Part shown: positions 55,502-64,000 of the stretch, piece after piece
How the letters are laid out: each line of letters starts with the position of its first letter
Numbering within the stretch: position 1 is the first letter of the stretch
DNA from: an uncultured Eubacteriales bacterium
GTDB lineage: Bacteria; Bacillota; Clostridia; Oscillospirales; CAG-382
Assembly (NCBI GenBank): GCA_934446675.1
Contig: CAKSEL010000010.1
Coordinates: 19,861 to 83,860, forward strand
Reading direction: 5' to 3'
DNA: 64,000 bases
The notes under the pieces: generated by a model
Database searches by the model: none
Told to the model about the DNA's origin: nothing
What the model saw: only the letters and a program-made list of their open reading frames with translations
Made by a program: the position numbers and the translations under genes

Positions 55502-56287
55502 ATGTTTAAAGCTGTACCCATGTTCTCCGGCTCGTCCGGAAACTGCGCATATGTAAAATACGGCGATACCGAATTTCTTATAGACGCAGGCGTTTCATAC
55601 CGTAATATAAGACTTGCGCTCGAGATGATAGGCACGGATATTTCAAATATCTCCGCAGTCTTCGTAACTCATGAGCATATCGACCATATCAAGGGACTTG
55701 AAGTGCTGGCAAAGAATAATCCGGGTGTACCTGTATACATAAATCAAAAGTCGTATGACGCTGCGGACAAAAATCTGTATAAGCATATGGCGGACAGTGC
55801 CGTCATAAAGAACCCGAAAGATACGGTAGAACTTGACGGGACGCTTGTAAGGATATTTGAAACTCCGCACGACTCCGCGGGCAGCGTGGGATACAGGTTT
55901 GAATTTGACGACGGAAACGCGTTCGGATACGCGACCGATATAGGCGAGATTACCCCCGATATAAGAGGCGCGCTGTACGGCTGCGAACAGGTGATACTTG
56001 AGTCCAACCATGACGTTGAAATGCTGAAAAACGGCCCGTACCCGTATGTTCTCAAGAAAAGAATACTGTCCGATCACGGACATCTTTCAAACGACGCGTG
56101 CGCCGAATTTCTGACCGAGCTTGTAAGCCACGGAACGCATAAGGCAATGCTTGCGCACCTGTCGCACGAGAATAATACGCCGCAGACCGCGTATAAGACC
56201 TCTGCGCTTAAACTTACGGAGGCGGGTTTTACGCCGGAGGATATAAAGCTTACGGTTGCCATGAGATCAATACTCGAAAACGGCTGA
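55502..56287 (+). CDS. MBL-fold metallo-hydrolase (YycJ/WalJ-like)
   Basis: VFVTHEHIDHIKG motif. 261 aa. Confidence 0.9.
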   Translation: MFKAVPMFSGSSGNCAYVKYGDTEFLIDAGVSYRNIRLALEMIGTDISNISAVFVTHEHIDHIKGLEVLAKNNPGVPVYINQKSYDAADKNLYKHMADSAVIKNPKDTVELDGTLVRIFETPHDSAGSVGYRFEFDDGNAFGYATDIGEITPDIRGALYGCEQVILESNHDVEMLKNGPYPYVLKKRILSDHGHLSNDACAEFLTELVSHGTHKAMLAHLSHENNTPQTAYKTSALKLTEAGFTPEDIKLTVAMRSILENG

Positions 56288-56315
56288 GCGGTATGCAAAA
56301 GGAGCAGAGAGAAAG

Positions 56316-56975
56316 ATGTTTGATACAAAACTTTATGTCGTAAGACACGCGCAGGGAATGGGAAATAAGCTTGCCGAGTTTCACGGTCAGTATAATTCCG
56401 ACCTTACCGAGCTTGGAAAAAAGCAGGCGGAATGTACCGCGGAATACCTAAAGGACGTAAAATTCGACGGAGCATATTCAAGCGATATTGCAAGGGCATA
56501 TTCGACTGCGTGCATAGTAGCAAAGCGCCATGACGGACTTGAGATCGTCAAAAACAAACTGCTCCGCGAGATAGACGCAGGCACGTGGGAATGTATGAAG
56601 TTTGACGACATCGAGAAAAACTATCCCAAAGAGCATGAAATGTTCATGAAGAACCTTTCAGAGTTTGTTTGCCCCGGAGGAGAAAGCGTAAAGCAGCTCC
56701 ATGACAGGGTAAAACGCGGTTTTGATGAGATAGTAAAGCAAAACCCCGGAAAAACTCTGCTTATAGCCTCTCACGCAACTCCGATACGCTGTATGCTGTG
56801 CGACTGGAAAGGGCTTGCTCTCAGCGCCATAACGGAACTTAAATGGGTGTCAAACGCGTCGGTTACGGTTGTGGAATATAACTCGCGGACGCTTGAAACG
56901 CACCTATGCGAGACGGCATACGCGGAACATCTTGCAAAGCAAGGGCTTGTTACGGAACTTCCGGCAAATATCTGA
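56316..56975 (+). CDS. Histidine phosphatase family protein (phosphoglycerate-mutase-like)
   Basis: LYVVRHAQGMGN (RHG motif) and ASHATPIRC. 219 aa. Confidence 0.9.
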   Translation: MFDTKLYVVRHAQGMGNKLAEFHGQYNSDLTELGKKQAECTAEYLKDVKFDGAYSSDIARAYSTACIVAKRHDGLEIVKNKLLREIDAGTWECMKFDDIEKNYPKEHEMFMKNLSEFVCPGGESVKQLHDRVKRGFDEIVKQNPGKTLLIASHATPIRCMLCDWKGLALSAITELKWVSNASVTVVEYNSRTLETHLCETAYAEHLAKQGLVTELPANI

Positions 56976-57001
56976 GATAAATAAGAAAATTAATATGAAA
57001 A

Positions 57002-57038
57002 TACCCGGTGCTCACACTTTAAAAGTAAGTACCGGGTA
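57002..57038. terminator. Bidirectional terminator candidate between convergent genes
   Basis: TACCCGGT (57002-57009) pairs with ACCGGGTA (57031-57038), with further pairs inside. The minus-strand read-out is followed by TTTTCATATT. Confidence 0.6.
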
Positions 57039-57079
57039 AAATATTGCCTGTTTTAACGTGTTTTCACTTTGTCTGTAAA

Positions 57080-57946
57080 TCAGACTCCAGAATAAGCGGC
57101 AAAACCGCCGTCGATCGGAATTACAACGCCGTTTACAAACGCGGACGCCTTGTCGTTGAGTAAGAACTGAAGTGCGCCGTCAAGATCTTCGGGTACACCG
57201 AAACGTCCCATGGGAGTGTGCGCAAGGATTTTCTCGCTGCGTGCTGAAAGGCTGCCGTCGGGATTGTAAAGCAGAGCCTTGTTCTGGTTTGTCGAGAAGA
57301 AACCGGGAGCTATTGCGTTTACGCGTATGCCGACTTTGGAGAAGTGAACGGCGAGCCACTGTGTAAAGTTGGAAACGGCAGCCTTTGCGCCGCTGTAAGC
57401 CGGTATTCTTGTGAGAGGACGAAAAGCGTTCATGGACGAAACGTTGATAATGCTTGCGCCGTCCTTTTTAGCCATGTCCTTTGCGAAAACCTGAGTCGGA
57501 ATAAGAGTTCCCAAGAAGTTTAAGTTGAAAACAAAGGAGATACCGTCGGGATCGAGATCGAAGAAGGTCTTTATGCCGGAAATTTCGGCGTTGTTTTCAA
57601 GGTCATCGGCTTCGAGATAGTCCTTTGTCGTCGAGCCTTTGGGATTGTTTCCGCCTGCGCCGTTTATGAGAATGTCGCACGAGCCGAGCTTTTCATCGAC
57701 GATTTTCTTTGCTTCTTCCATGCTTGCCTTTTCAAGGACGTTGGCTTTGACGGCAACAGCCGTTCCGCCGTCGGCGATAATTTCGTCGGCAACTTTTTTT
57801 GCTGCGTCAAGGTTAAGGTCAAGCACTGCGACTTTTGCATTGCAGGCAGCCGCGGTTTTTGCAAATCCCGAACACAGAACTCCGCCCGCACCCGTGATTA
57901 CTACTACTTTTCCGCCAAGATCAAGATCAAACGGTAATGTTTTCAT
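57080..57946 (-). CDS. SDR-family oxidoreductase
   Basis: VVVITGAGGVLCSG cofactor motif and the YSGAKAAVSNFTQ catalytic YxxxK. Start moved to the ATG at 57946 (SD GAGGA upstream); the ORF track starts at 57985. Confidence 0.88.
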   Translation of the reverse strand: MKTLPFDLDLGGKVVVITGAGGVLCSGFAKTAAACNAKVAVLDLNLDAAKKVADEIIADGGTAVAVKANVLEKASMEEAKKIVDEKLGSCDILINGAGGNNPKGSTTKDYLEADDLENNAEISGIKTFFDLDPDGISFVFNLNFLGTLIPTQVFAKDMAKKDGASIINVSSMNAFRPLTRIPAYSGAKAAVSNFTQWLAVHFSKVGIRVNAIAPGFFSTNQNKALLYNPDGSLSARSEKILAHTPMGRFGVPEDLDGALQFLLNDKASAFVNGVVIPIDGGFAAYSGV

Positions 57947-58019
57947 TTCATGTTCCTCACTTAGTGTATAAAAATTCCGGGACATTCAGGCATTTAGCAA
58001 GAGCGTCCCGGTTAAAGGT

Positions 58020-58841
58020 TTACCAGTTAAGGCTCTTGAGGTAATCTCTGCTCATCTTTGCAGCCTCAAGGCAGGGAATATCGTAGGTGTTGTCTTGCTC
58101 TACGATAACGTATTTTGCGCCGCTTTCAACGGCAGCTTCGAGAATTGCCGGGAAGTTCTGCTTGCCGTGACCTACGGGTCTGAACTCAAAGGTGTTCTTC
58201 ACAGGCTCTTTGTCGTCGGACTTTATACCGATAAGCTCGTACATATGCTCGCTCTTTGAACCTACAAAGTCCTTGAGATGAACAACGGGGCATCTGCCTG
58301 CGTACTTTCTTATGTAAGCCGCGGGATCTTCGCCGCCGACGTTTACCCAGCAGGTGTCAAGCTCTGTCTGGAGATGTTCGGGGCTTATGGTTTCGTACAT
58401 ATAGTCAAGACCGTATCTGCCGTCGGGCATCTTCTTGAATTCAAAGTCGTGGTTGTGGTAAACAAGGATAAGTCCCTTTGCGGCACATGCTGCGCCTATC
58501 TTGTCAATGCTCTTTAAAACTTCGTCAAAGCCTTCGTCGCCGGGTCTCTGACCTTCTGCAAGGTAAGGAACCGCAATGCATTCGCAGCCGATGGTCTTGT
58601 ATGTGTCAAGACACTTATCGGTGTCCGCAAGCATTTCTGCGAGCGCAACGTGAGCGCAGATCGCCTTGAGTCCGTTCTCGTCGAGAAGTGCTCTGAACTG
58701 TTCGCCGGTGAGTCCGAAAAGTCCTGCCGGCTCAACGTAATCGTATCCTGCCGCCTTTACAGCCTTTAAGGTTGCGGCAACGTCTTTTTCCATTTCGCTT
58801 CTTACTGTGTAAAGCTGAAGTCCTACGGGTAATGTTTTCAT
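58020..58841 (-). CDS. Sugar phosphate isomerase/epimerase (xylose-isomerase-like TIM barrel)
   Basis: ~273 aa. Family resemblance by eye. Start moved to the ATG at 58841 (SD GGAAGGAG upstream). Confidence 0.8.
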   Translation of the reverse strand: MKTLPVGLQLYTVRSEMEKDVAATLKAVKAAGYDYVEPAGLFGLTGEQFRALLDENGLKAICAHVALAEMLADTDKCLDTYKTIGCECIAVPYLAEGQRPGDEGFDEVLKSIDKIGAACAAKGLILVYHNHDFEFKKMPDGRYGLDYMYETISPEHLQTELDTCWVNVGGEDPAAYIRKYAGRCPVVHLKDFVGSKSEHMYELIGIKSDDKEPVKNTFEFRPVGHGKQNFPAILEAAVESGAKYVIVEQDNTYDIPCLEAAKMSRDYLKSLNW

Positions 58842-59157
58842 AATTAGCTCTCCTTCCGGTAATCGCAAGATTTACCAAAAAACTGCGGCACGGTGTGCCT
58901 GACTTAAAAGAAAAGACAACGCTTCTCTTTACGCATAACATTATATCATATAAATTCCCGATTTTCAAACTTTCAAAATAAATTTAACAAAAAATTCCTA
59001 TTTTTATAAAGATAGTTGCGCATTTTATAAAAATCGTATATTGACCGCGGCAAAAAAGAGATGTGCCCGGCGCAGAGTGTAAATTGTTGTGGACACGGAC
59101 GCACGTTTGTGGTAAAATATAAAAAAGACAAATAATCGTACCGGACGGGAGAAAAAA

Positions 59158-59847
59158 GTGAGCGCAAAAGACGTCGTAATAATAAATCAGACAAAAGATC
59201 TCATAATCTGCATAAAGCCGTGCGGAATAAGCTCGGAATATACAGAGGGAAAACCGAACGCCGTGTCGGAGCTCGAAAGGCTGACAGGGTGCAAGACCGT
59301 AAAAACGCTGCACAGACTCGACGTCGGCGTGGGCGGAGTAATGGTGTACGCAAAGAATAAGGACGCGGCGGCGAAAATGTCGGCTCTTATCGCGGACGGA
59401 AAACTGGTAAAGCAGTATTCTGCGCTTGTTCGCGGCGTTCCCGAAAATAAAAGCGGCTCTTTGGAAAATATACTGTTCAAGGACGGCAGGGCAAATAAAG
59501 TTTACGTCGTTGACAGAGAGCGCAAGGGCGCGAAAAAGGCAAGATTGACGTATGAAACGGTCTGCACGCGGCAAACGCCGAAAGGCGCTGTTTCCGAACT
59601 TTTCATAACGCTGGATACCGGCAGGAGCCACCAGATAAGAGCGCAGTTTTCTCATATCGGACACCCTCTCTGCGGCGACGGAAAATACGGCGCAAAGGAC
59701 AACAATAACCGGATATGCTTAATGTCGAAACGCATAAGCTTTGTAAGTCCGTTCGATAACAAAGAAGTCTGTTTTGAGTGTCCGCAAAGCGTATGGGAAC
59801 TCTGGGACTTCGGCGCAGATGAAAAAATCGCACAAAATGTACAATAA
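59158..59847 (+). CDS. RluA-family pseudouridine synthase
   Basis: TLHRLDVGVGGVMVYAK catalytic Asp motif and GRSHQIRAQFSHIGHPLCGDGKYG. GTG start. Confidence 0.9.
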   Translation: MSAKDVVIINQTKDLIICIKPCGISSEYTEGKPNAVSELERLTGCKTVKTLHRLDVGVGGVMVYAKNKDAAAKMSALIADGKLVKQYSALVRGVPENKSGSLENILFKDGRANKVYVVDRERKGAKKARLTYETVCTRQTPKGAVSELFITLDTGRSHQIRAQFSHIGHPLCGDGKYGAKDNNNRICLMSKRISFVSPFDNKEVCFECPQSVWELWDFGADEKIAQNVQ

Positions 59848-59933
59848 GAGCGCAGAATGTAAAATCGCGGCGCAAAGGCGCGGAAATTCCCATTAAAAAA
59901 AACGTTTTTCGCGGTTTGTTAACGCGTCATTAA

Positions 59934-59962
59934 TTGACAAAAGTTAAATAATGTGGTATACT
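59934..59962 (+). promoter_or_regulatory. Sigma-A-type promoter candidate for ruvC
   Basis: TTGACA (59934-59939), a 17-nt spacer ending in TGG, then TATACT (59957-59962). Confidence 0.6.
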
Positions 59963-60022
59963 GACTTAATAAACCGTGTGTGCATTTTTGCGTAAAGTAT
60001 GTTTTGAAACGGAGACGCCGCA

Positions 60023-60520
60023 ATGATAATAATGGGAATAGATCCGGGACTTGCGACGGTGGGTTTCGGCATAATAAACGCGTCGCGTGCGACAAAGTTC
60101 GAAGCTGTGGAATACGGCGCGGTGCTTACTCCTGCAAAGAGTAAAATTCCGGACAGGCTCGCCGAGATATTCGAGAACATAAGACAGCTTGTAAAGACGT
60201 ATAAGCCTGATGCCGTGTCCGTGGAAAAGCTGTATTTCAACACAAACGAAAAGACCGCCATAAACGTAGCACAGGCGCGCGGAGTAATACTGCTTGCCGC
60301 AAGGCTCGGAAACGTACCGATATACGAATATACGCCGCTTCAGATAAAGCAGGCGCTTACGGGGTACGGCAGAGCCGAAAAAAAGCAGATAATGTATATG
60401 GTTAAAACTATTCTGAAGCTTGAGAGCGAACCGAGACCGGACGATACGGCGGACGCTCTTGCCGCGGCAATATGCCATGCTTACAGCTCGTCGTCGGCAC
60501 TGTTCAACGCCGGCATATGA
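60023..60520 (+). CDS. ruvC: Holliday junction resolvase RuvC
   Basis: IMGIDPGLATVGFGII and DTADALAAAICH catalytic acidic motifs. 165 aa. Confidence 0.95.
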   Translation: MIIMGIDPGLATVGFGIINASRATKFEAVEYGAVLTPAKSKIPDRLAEIFENIRQLVKTYKPDAVSVEKLYFNTNEKTAINVAQARGVILLAARLGNVPIYEYTPLQIKQALTGYGRAEKKQIMYMVKTILKLESEPRPDDTADALAAAICHAYSSSSALFNAGI

Positions 60521-60720
60521 CATAATGGCAAAGCGCGGGTCAAAGAATAGATATTAATAAATAAACCGCAGCATGAGATTACCTCGGAGATAAGGGCGTA
60601 AAGCTTCTGCGGAAAAAGAAAATTTTGAAGGAAAGGAGGAAAAAACGAAAGACGGGATCTTATGCGGTGAGCGTAATATAAAGCCGCAAAACCGAAAAGT
60701 CTTTCGCAAAGAAATAAAAA

Positions 60721-61656
60721 ATGAATAACCTGCCGCGTCAGTTTATAAATAACAGCAGACTGCACGCATATCTTCTGGTATGCCCGGATTCGTCGCTTGC
60801 GTCGCGCACGGCGCTTGAAATTTCGGCGTCGCTCATGTGCCGCAATACAGATGAGAATACGGCGGAGCCCTGCGGAAAATGCTCCGACTGCATAAAGCTT
60901 ATGTCGGGAACGCACCCCGATCTTCATATAATCGGAGACGCGGGAAATAAAGTCGGCGTGGACGATATAAGAGCGGTGTCGGACGAGGCGTATCTTGCGT
61001 CTAACGAGGCGGACTGCAAGGTGTTTCTGCTCAAAAACGCAGATCTTTATAATGTGCAGGCGCAGAACGCGCTGCTGAAAATTCTCGAAGAACCGCCCGA
61101 GGGCGTAAAATTCGTGCTTACCGCGTCGGGAACGTCGTCAATACTTCCGACGGTGCGTTCAAGGCTTTTTACGCTGCATTTAAGCGGACTCGGAAAGAAC
61201 GCGTACTATCAGACGCTGAAAAAAGCCCGTCCCGGCGCAGACGACGGATTGCTTGTCAAAATGGCGGCGTTTGCGGCAAAATACGAGGGCACGGAGCTTT
61301 CGGAAATGGACGAAAAGGTATATGAAAAAGCTTTCAGTCTTGCCGCGGAATATTTTTCGGGCAATAAAAGCGACGTACTTCTTGAATTTCCGCGTTCAAA
61401 GGATTCGAGAAAGAATATGCTTATATATCTTCAGGTCTTTTATCTTGCTCTCGGAGAAATAATGTACGCAAAGCTGTATAAAATACCCGATGACGCGGCT
61501 TTTACCGAGAGCGAACTTCACGACGGAATAATGAAGACCTCGTCAAAAAGAGCCTCTGTCATACTCGACGGACTCGAAAAGGCAATAATAAAGATAAGCT
61601 CGCCCATGAATTACAGCGTAAATCTCATTGCCGCAGAGCTTGGCGGAGTTCTGTAA
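60721..61656 (+). CDS. holB: DNA polymerase III delta-prime subunit
   Basis: Zinc module CGKCSDCIKLMSGTHPDLHII and QNALLKILEEPPEG. 311 aa. Confidence 0.85.
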   Translation: MNNLPRQFINNSRLHAYLLVCPDSSLASRTALEISASLMCRNTDENTAEPCGKCSDCIKLMSGTHPDLHIIGDAGNKVGVDDIRAVSDEAYLASNEADCKVFLLKNADLYNVQAQNALLKILEEPPEGVKFVLTASGTSSILPTVRSRLFTLHLSGLGKNAYYQTLKKARPGADDGLLVKMAAFAAKYEGTELSEMDEKVYEKAFSLAAEYFSGNKSDVLLEFPRSKDSRKNMLIYLQVFYLALGEIMYAKLYKIPDDAAFTESELHDGIMKTSSKRASVILDGLEKAIIKISSPMNYSVNLIAAELGGVL

Positions 61657-61737
61657 AAAACATATCCGCAAAATAAGTTTTTATAAATTCTAACCGGATA
61701 TTTTCCGGTAAACGAAAGGAACAGCACTCAGAATATA

Positions 61738-63495
61738 ATGAATAACAATACAAAAAAGCCGGATAACGAAAAGAACGACAGCGAAAACATCTCGACCAAA
61801 AAGGGTTTCCGCCTCTCGCTTCCCGGCAAGAAAAATTCCGGCGAAATCAAGAGCACAATACATTTTTCCGCACCGCAGAATACGCAGAACAACGGCGCCG
61901 CACAGCCCTCCGCACCCGTAAAGAACGATAAGGGCGAAAATAAAAATTCTCATTCGGATTCATTCAAAAAGACCCGCGGCGATAAGGAAGATAACAGAAA
62001 CAATAAAGAAAACCGCGGCGGACGTTTCCGCGATAAAGACCGCAGCAAAAACGCAAATTCCGGCAGTGCCGACGACAGAAAGACCGAACGCGACGATAAA
62101 AACAGAAAGAACGCAAATTCAGACAGACAGCCCGGTTCTCAGGGCGGTTTTCAGAAGAAAAGAAACGACAGAAACGAGAAAAACGAGAAAAACGGCGCAA
62201 ACAGGAACCGTGCGCCGCAGAATAATGCCGCAAAGGACGAAAATGCCGTTCAGAACGACAGAAATCAGCAAGGGTTTAAGAATAAAAACCGTCCGCAGAA
62301 AAATCAGCCCGAACAGAACGCAAAGGGCGTAAAGGATAACCGTAAAAACGAGCAGAGAAACGGCAAAAAGGAAAATAATAACCGCAATCAGCCGCCGCGC
62401 ACTCCTCTTTCGGCGCTTTCAGGAGATATGCAGCAGAGCCTTGCCGCGATCAAGGAACATAAAAGAGAGCTTGAGGCGGCAAAACCCAAGGTAAAGGAAC
62501 TCAGCCTTGAGGAAAAGTATAAGGACGCGATACCTCTTGCCGAAAAAATAGCCGCAGAGGACGAAAAGGCGCGCCACCCGATATACGGCAGCGGACTGTC
62601 CGACGACGAAAAGCAGGAGATAGTCGGAATACGTTTCAGAGAAGCCGGAAAGATATACTATTTCGATCCCGACGGACAGACAATCCCCTACGGAGCTCAC
62701 GTGATAGTCGAAACCGCACGCGGCAGCGAATACGGCTTCACTGCCATTTCAAACCGCCTTATACCCAAAGAGGGCATAGTTTCTCCGCTTAAAAAGATTC
62801 AGAGAATTGCAACCGAGATGGATACCCAGAAATACACTGCAAACAAGATGCTTGAAAAGCAGGCTGCCAAGGTATTTAAGGAAAAAGTTGCGGCTCTCGG
62901 ACTTGCGATGAATCTCATATACGTAGAATACACTTTTGACAATTCAAAGCTGCTGTTTTACTTTACAGCCGAAACAAGAATAGACTTCCGCGAGCTTGTA
63001 AAGGAGCTTGCCGGAGTATTCAGAACAAGAATAGAGCTGCGCCAGATAGGAGTGCGCGACGAAGCAAAGGTTCTCGGCGGACTCGGAGTATGCGGCAGAG
63101 CCGCGTGCTGCGCTACGTTCTTGGGTGATTTTGCACAGGTTTCCATAAAGATGGCAAAGGATCAGAACCTGTCGCTCAGCGCGGCAAAGATCTCGGGCGC
63201 CTGCGGAAAGCTCATGTGCTGTCTGCGCTACGAGGACAGGGTCTATGAACAGGAAAACGCGCGCACACCCAAAGTCGGGGCGTTGGTCGAAACAAGCGAG
63301 GGCAAGGGCGTCGTAACCGAAAGAAACGCGCTTAAAGGAACGGTCGGCGTTGTGCTTGACGCGTCCCCCGATTCGCCGGCAAAGACCTTTGACAGAGATA
63401 CCGTAACGGTACTCGGTTTTTCGGGCAAAGCCGCGGCGGAGGATCAGAGAGCCGATGACAACGCGGACGAAATAAAGGACGACGAACAGGATTAA
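61738..63495 (+). CDS. PSP1-domain protein (RicT/YaaT-like) with a long low-complexity N-terminal extension
   Basis: PSP1 core starts near residue 296 (VGIRFREAGKIYYFDP ... ACGKLMCCLRYE). Residues ~1-220 are K/N/R/D/Q-rich and repetitive. Confidence 0.85.
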   Translation: MNNNTKKPDNEKNDSENISTKKGFRLSLPGKKNSGEIKSTIHFSAPQNTQNNGAAQPSAPVKNDKGENKNSHSDSFKKTRGDKEDNRNNKENRGGRFRDKDRSKNANSGSADDRKTERDDKNRKNANSDRQPGSQGGFQKKRNDRNEKNEKNGANRNRAPQNNAAKDENAVQNDRNQQGFKNKNRPQKNQPEQNAKGVKDNRKNEQRNGKKENNNRNQPPRTPLSALSGDMQQSLAAIKEHKRELEAAKPKVKELSLEEKYKDAIPLAEKIAAEDEKARHPIYGSGLSDDEKQEIVGIRFREAGKIYYFDPDGQTIPYGAHVIVETARGSEYGFTAISNRLIPKEGIVSPLKKIQRIATEMDTQKYTANKMLEKQAAKVFKEKVAALGLAMNLIYVEYTFDNSKLLFYFTAETRIDFRELVKELAGVFRTRIELRQIGVRDEAKVLGGLGVCGRAACCATFLGDFAQVSIKMAKDQNLSLSAAKISGACGKLMCCLRYEDRVYEQENARTPKVGALVETSEGKGVVTERNALKGTVGVVLDASPDSPAKTFDRDTVTVLGFSGKAAAEDQRADDNADEIKDDEQD

Positions 63496-63504
63496 GAGTG
63501 TCGT

Positions 63505-64000
63505 ATGGACGGAATACTGAATGTTTACAAACCGCAGGGCATAACGTCGTTTTCGGCGGTGTCGAGAATACGCAAATTTACGGGCGAAAAACGTGTGGGA
63601 CACGCAGGAACGCTTGATCCCATGGCTACGGGCGTGCTTCCGGTGCTTGTCGGACGCGCGGCGGCTTTGCAGGAAATGCTGTCGGATCACGATAAGTCGT
63701 ACCGCGCAGGCATAAAGCTCGGCGTTGTTACAGATACCGGCGATATTACCGGAAACACCGTGCAGAGCAAAGAGGTAAGCGGCATTTCCGGGCAAATGTT
63801 TGAAGATGCATTGCAAAGCTTTGTCGGTAAGATAATGCAGACTCCGCCGATGTATTCGGCAATAAAGATAAACGGCGAAAGGCTCTATGATCTTGCCAGA
63901 AAAGGCGTTGAGGTCGAGCGCCAACCGCGTCAGATAGAAATATATTCGGCGTCGCTTGTAAAAAGGCTGTCGGAAGATGAATTTGTATTTGACGTGTCTT
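63505..64000 (+). CDS. truB: tRNA pseudouridine(55) synthase, 5' part (runs off the window)
   Basis: My own translation from ATG 63505: MDGILNVYKPQGITSFSAVSRIRKFTGEKRVGHAGTLDPMATGVLPVLVG. This is the TruB signature, and the frame stays open to the window end. Confidence 0.9.
   Translation, partial: MDGILNVYKPQGITSFSAVSRIRKFTGEKRVGHAGTLDPMATGVLPVLVGRAAALQEMLSDHDKSYRAGIKLGVVTDTGDITGNTVQSKEVSGISGQMFEDALQSFVGKIMQTPPMYSAIKINGERLYDLARKGVEVERQPRQIEIYSASLVKRLSEDEFVFDVS

Noticed and set aside
60521-60720. A possible small RNA or riboswitch in the 200-nt ruvC-holB spacer (stem CCGCAG...CTGCGG).
   Set aside because: Only one weak, long-loop stem, no recognisable riboswitch core, and no conservation evidence available from this window.
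62944-63924. Long antisense ORFs inside well-supported genes. Examples are 62944-63924(-) 326 aa, 28232-29338(-) 368 aa, 30780-31697(-) 305 aa, 26421-27281(-) 286 aa, 24700-25452(-) 250 aa and 44125-44847(-) 240 aa.
   Set aside because: Each lies fully opposite a gene with clear family motifs. Their translations are low-complexity or Arg/Cys/Phe-rich with no recognisable domains.

Overview
This is a 64-kb chromosomal window from a Clostridia-like Firmicute, a guess based on gene content and SD usage. I call 46 protein genes, 41 of them on the + strand. They include housekeeping genes (guaB, thrC, dnaN, a GyrA/ParC-family subunit, dxr, proA, proB, polA, secA, prfA, tsaC/sua5-type, coaE, ruvC, holB, truB), an OmpR/histidine-kinase pair, a Fur-family regulator, and cell-wall enzymes (M23, SLT). 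Single carbohydrate genes are scattered through the window (GH28, GH36, GH78, Gfo/Idh/MocA, GHMP sugar kinase, SDR, TIM-barrel isomerase). I recognised no rRNA, tRNA, CRISPR array, transposase, integrase or phage genes.

The dominant and unusual signal is non-coding. Fourteen intergenic intervals (about 10.2 kb, ~16% of the window) are filled by copies of one modular, hairpin-rich repeat family, 0.38-1.1 kb per copy.
- Complete copies start 0-1 nt after the upstream stop codon and end in the SD and (often GTG/TTG) start codon of the next gene. They are co-oriented with the flanking genes.
- They contain at least six conserved hairpins whose stems differ between copies by compensatory or whole-stem replacement. 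They mix interchangeable internal cassettes and end in 1-3 tandem units built around CTTTTCGATTCCGAAAAG.
- 5'-truncated, inverted and internally deleted copies also occur.
- No mobilising enzyme is in the window, and I know of no described family that matches it. I cannot run Rfam or BLAST.

Secondary observations:
- A one-orientation cluster of seven DnaA boxes plus an AT-rich tract lies upstream of a dnaN that has no adjacent dnaA.
- Conserved gene neighbourhoods are broken exactly at repeat copies.
- An 18-bp sequence containing a perfect palindrome occurs at both ends of the M23 peptidase gene.
- A PSP1/RicT-like protein carries a ~220-aa low-complexity N-terminal extension.
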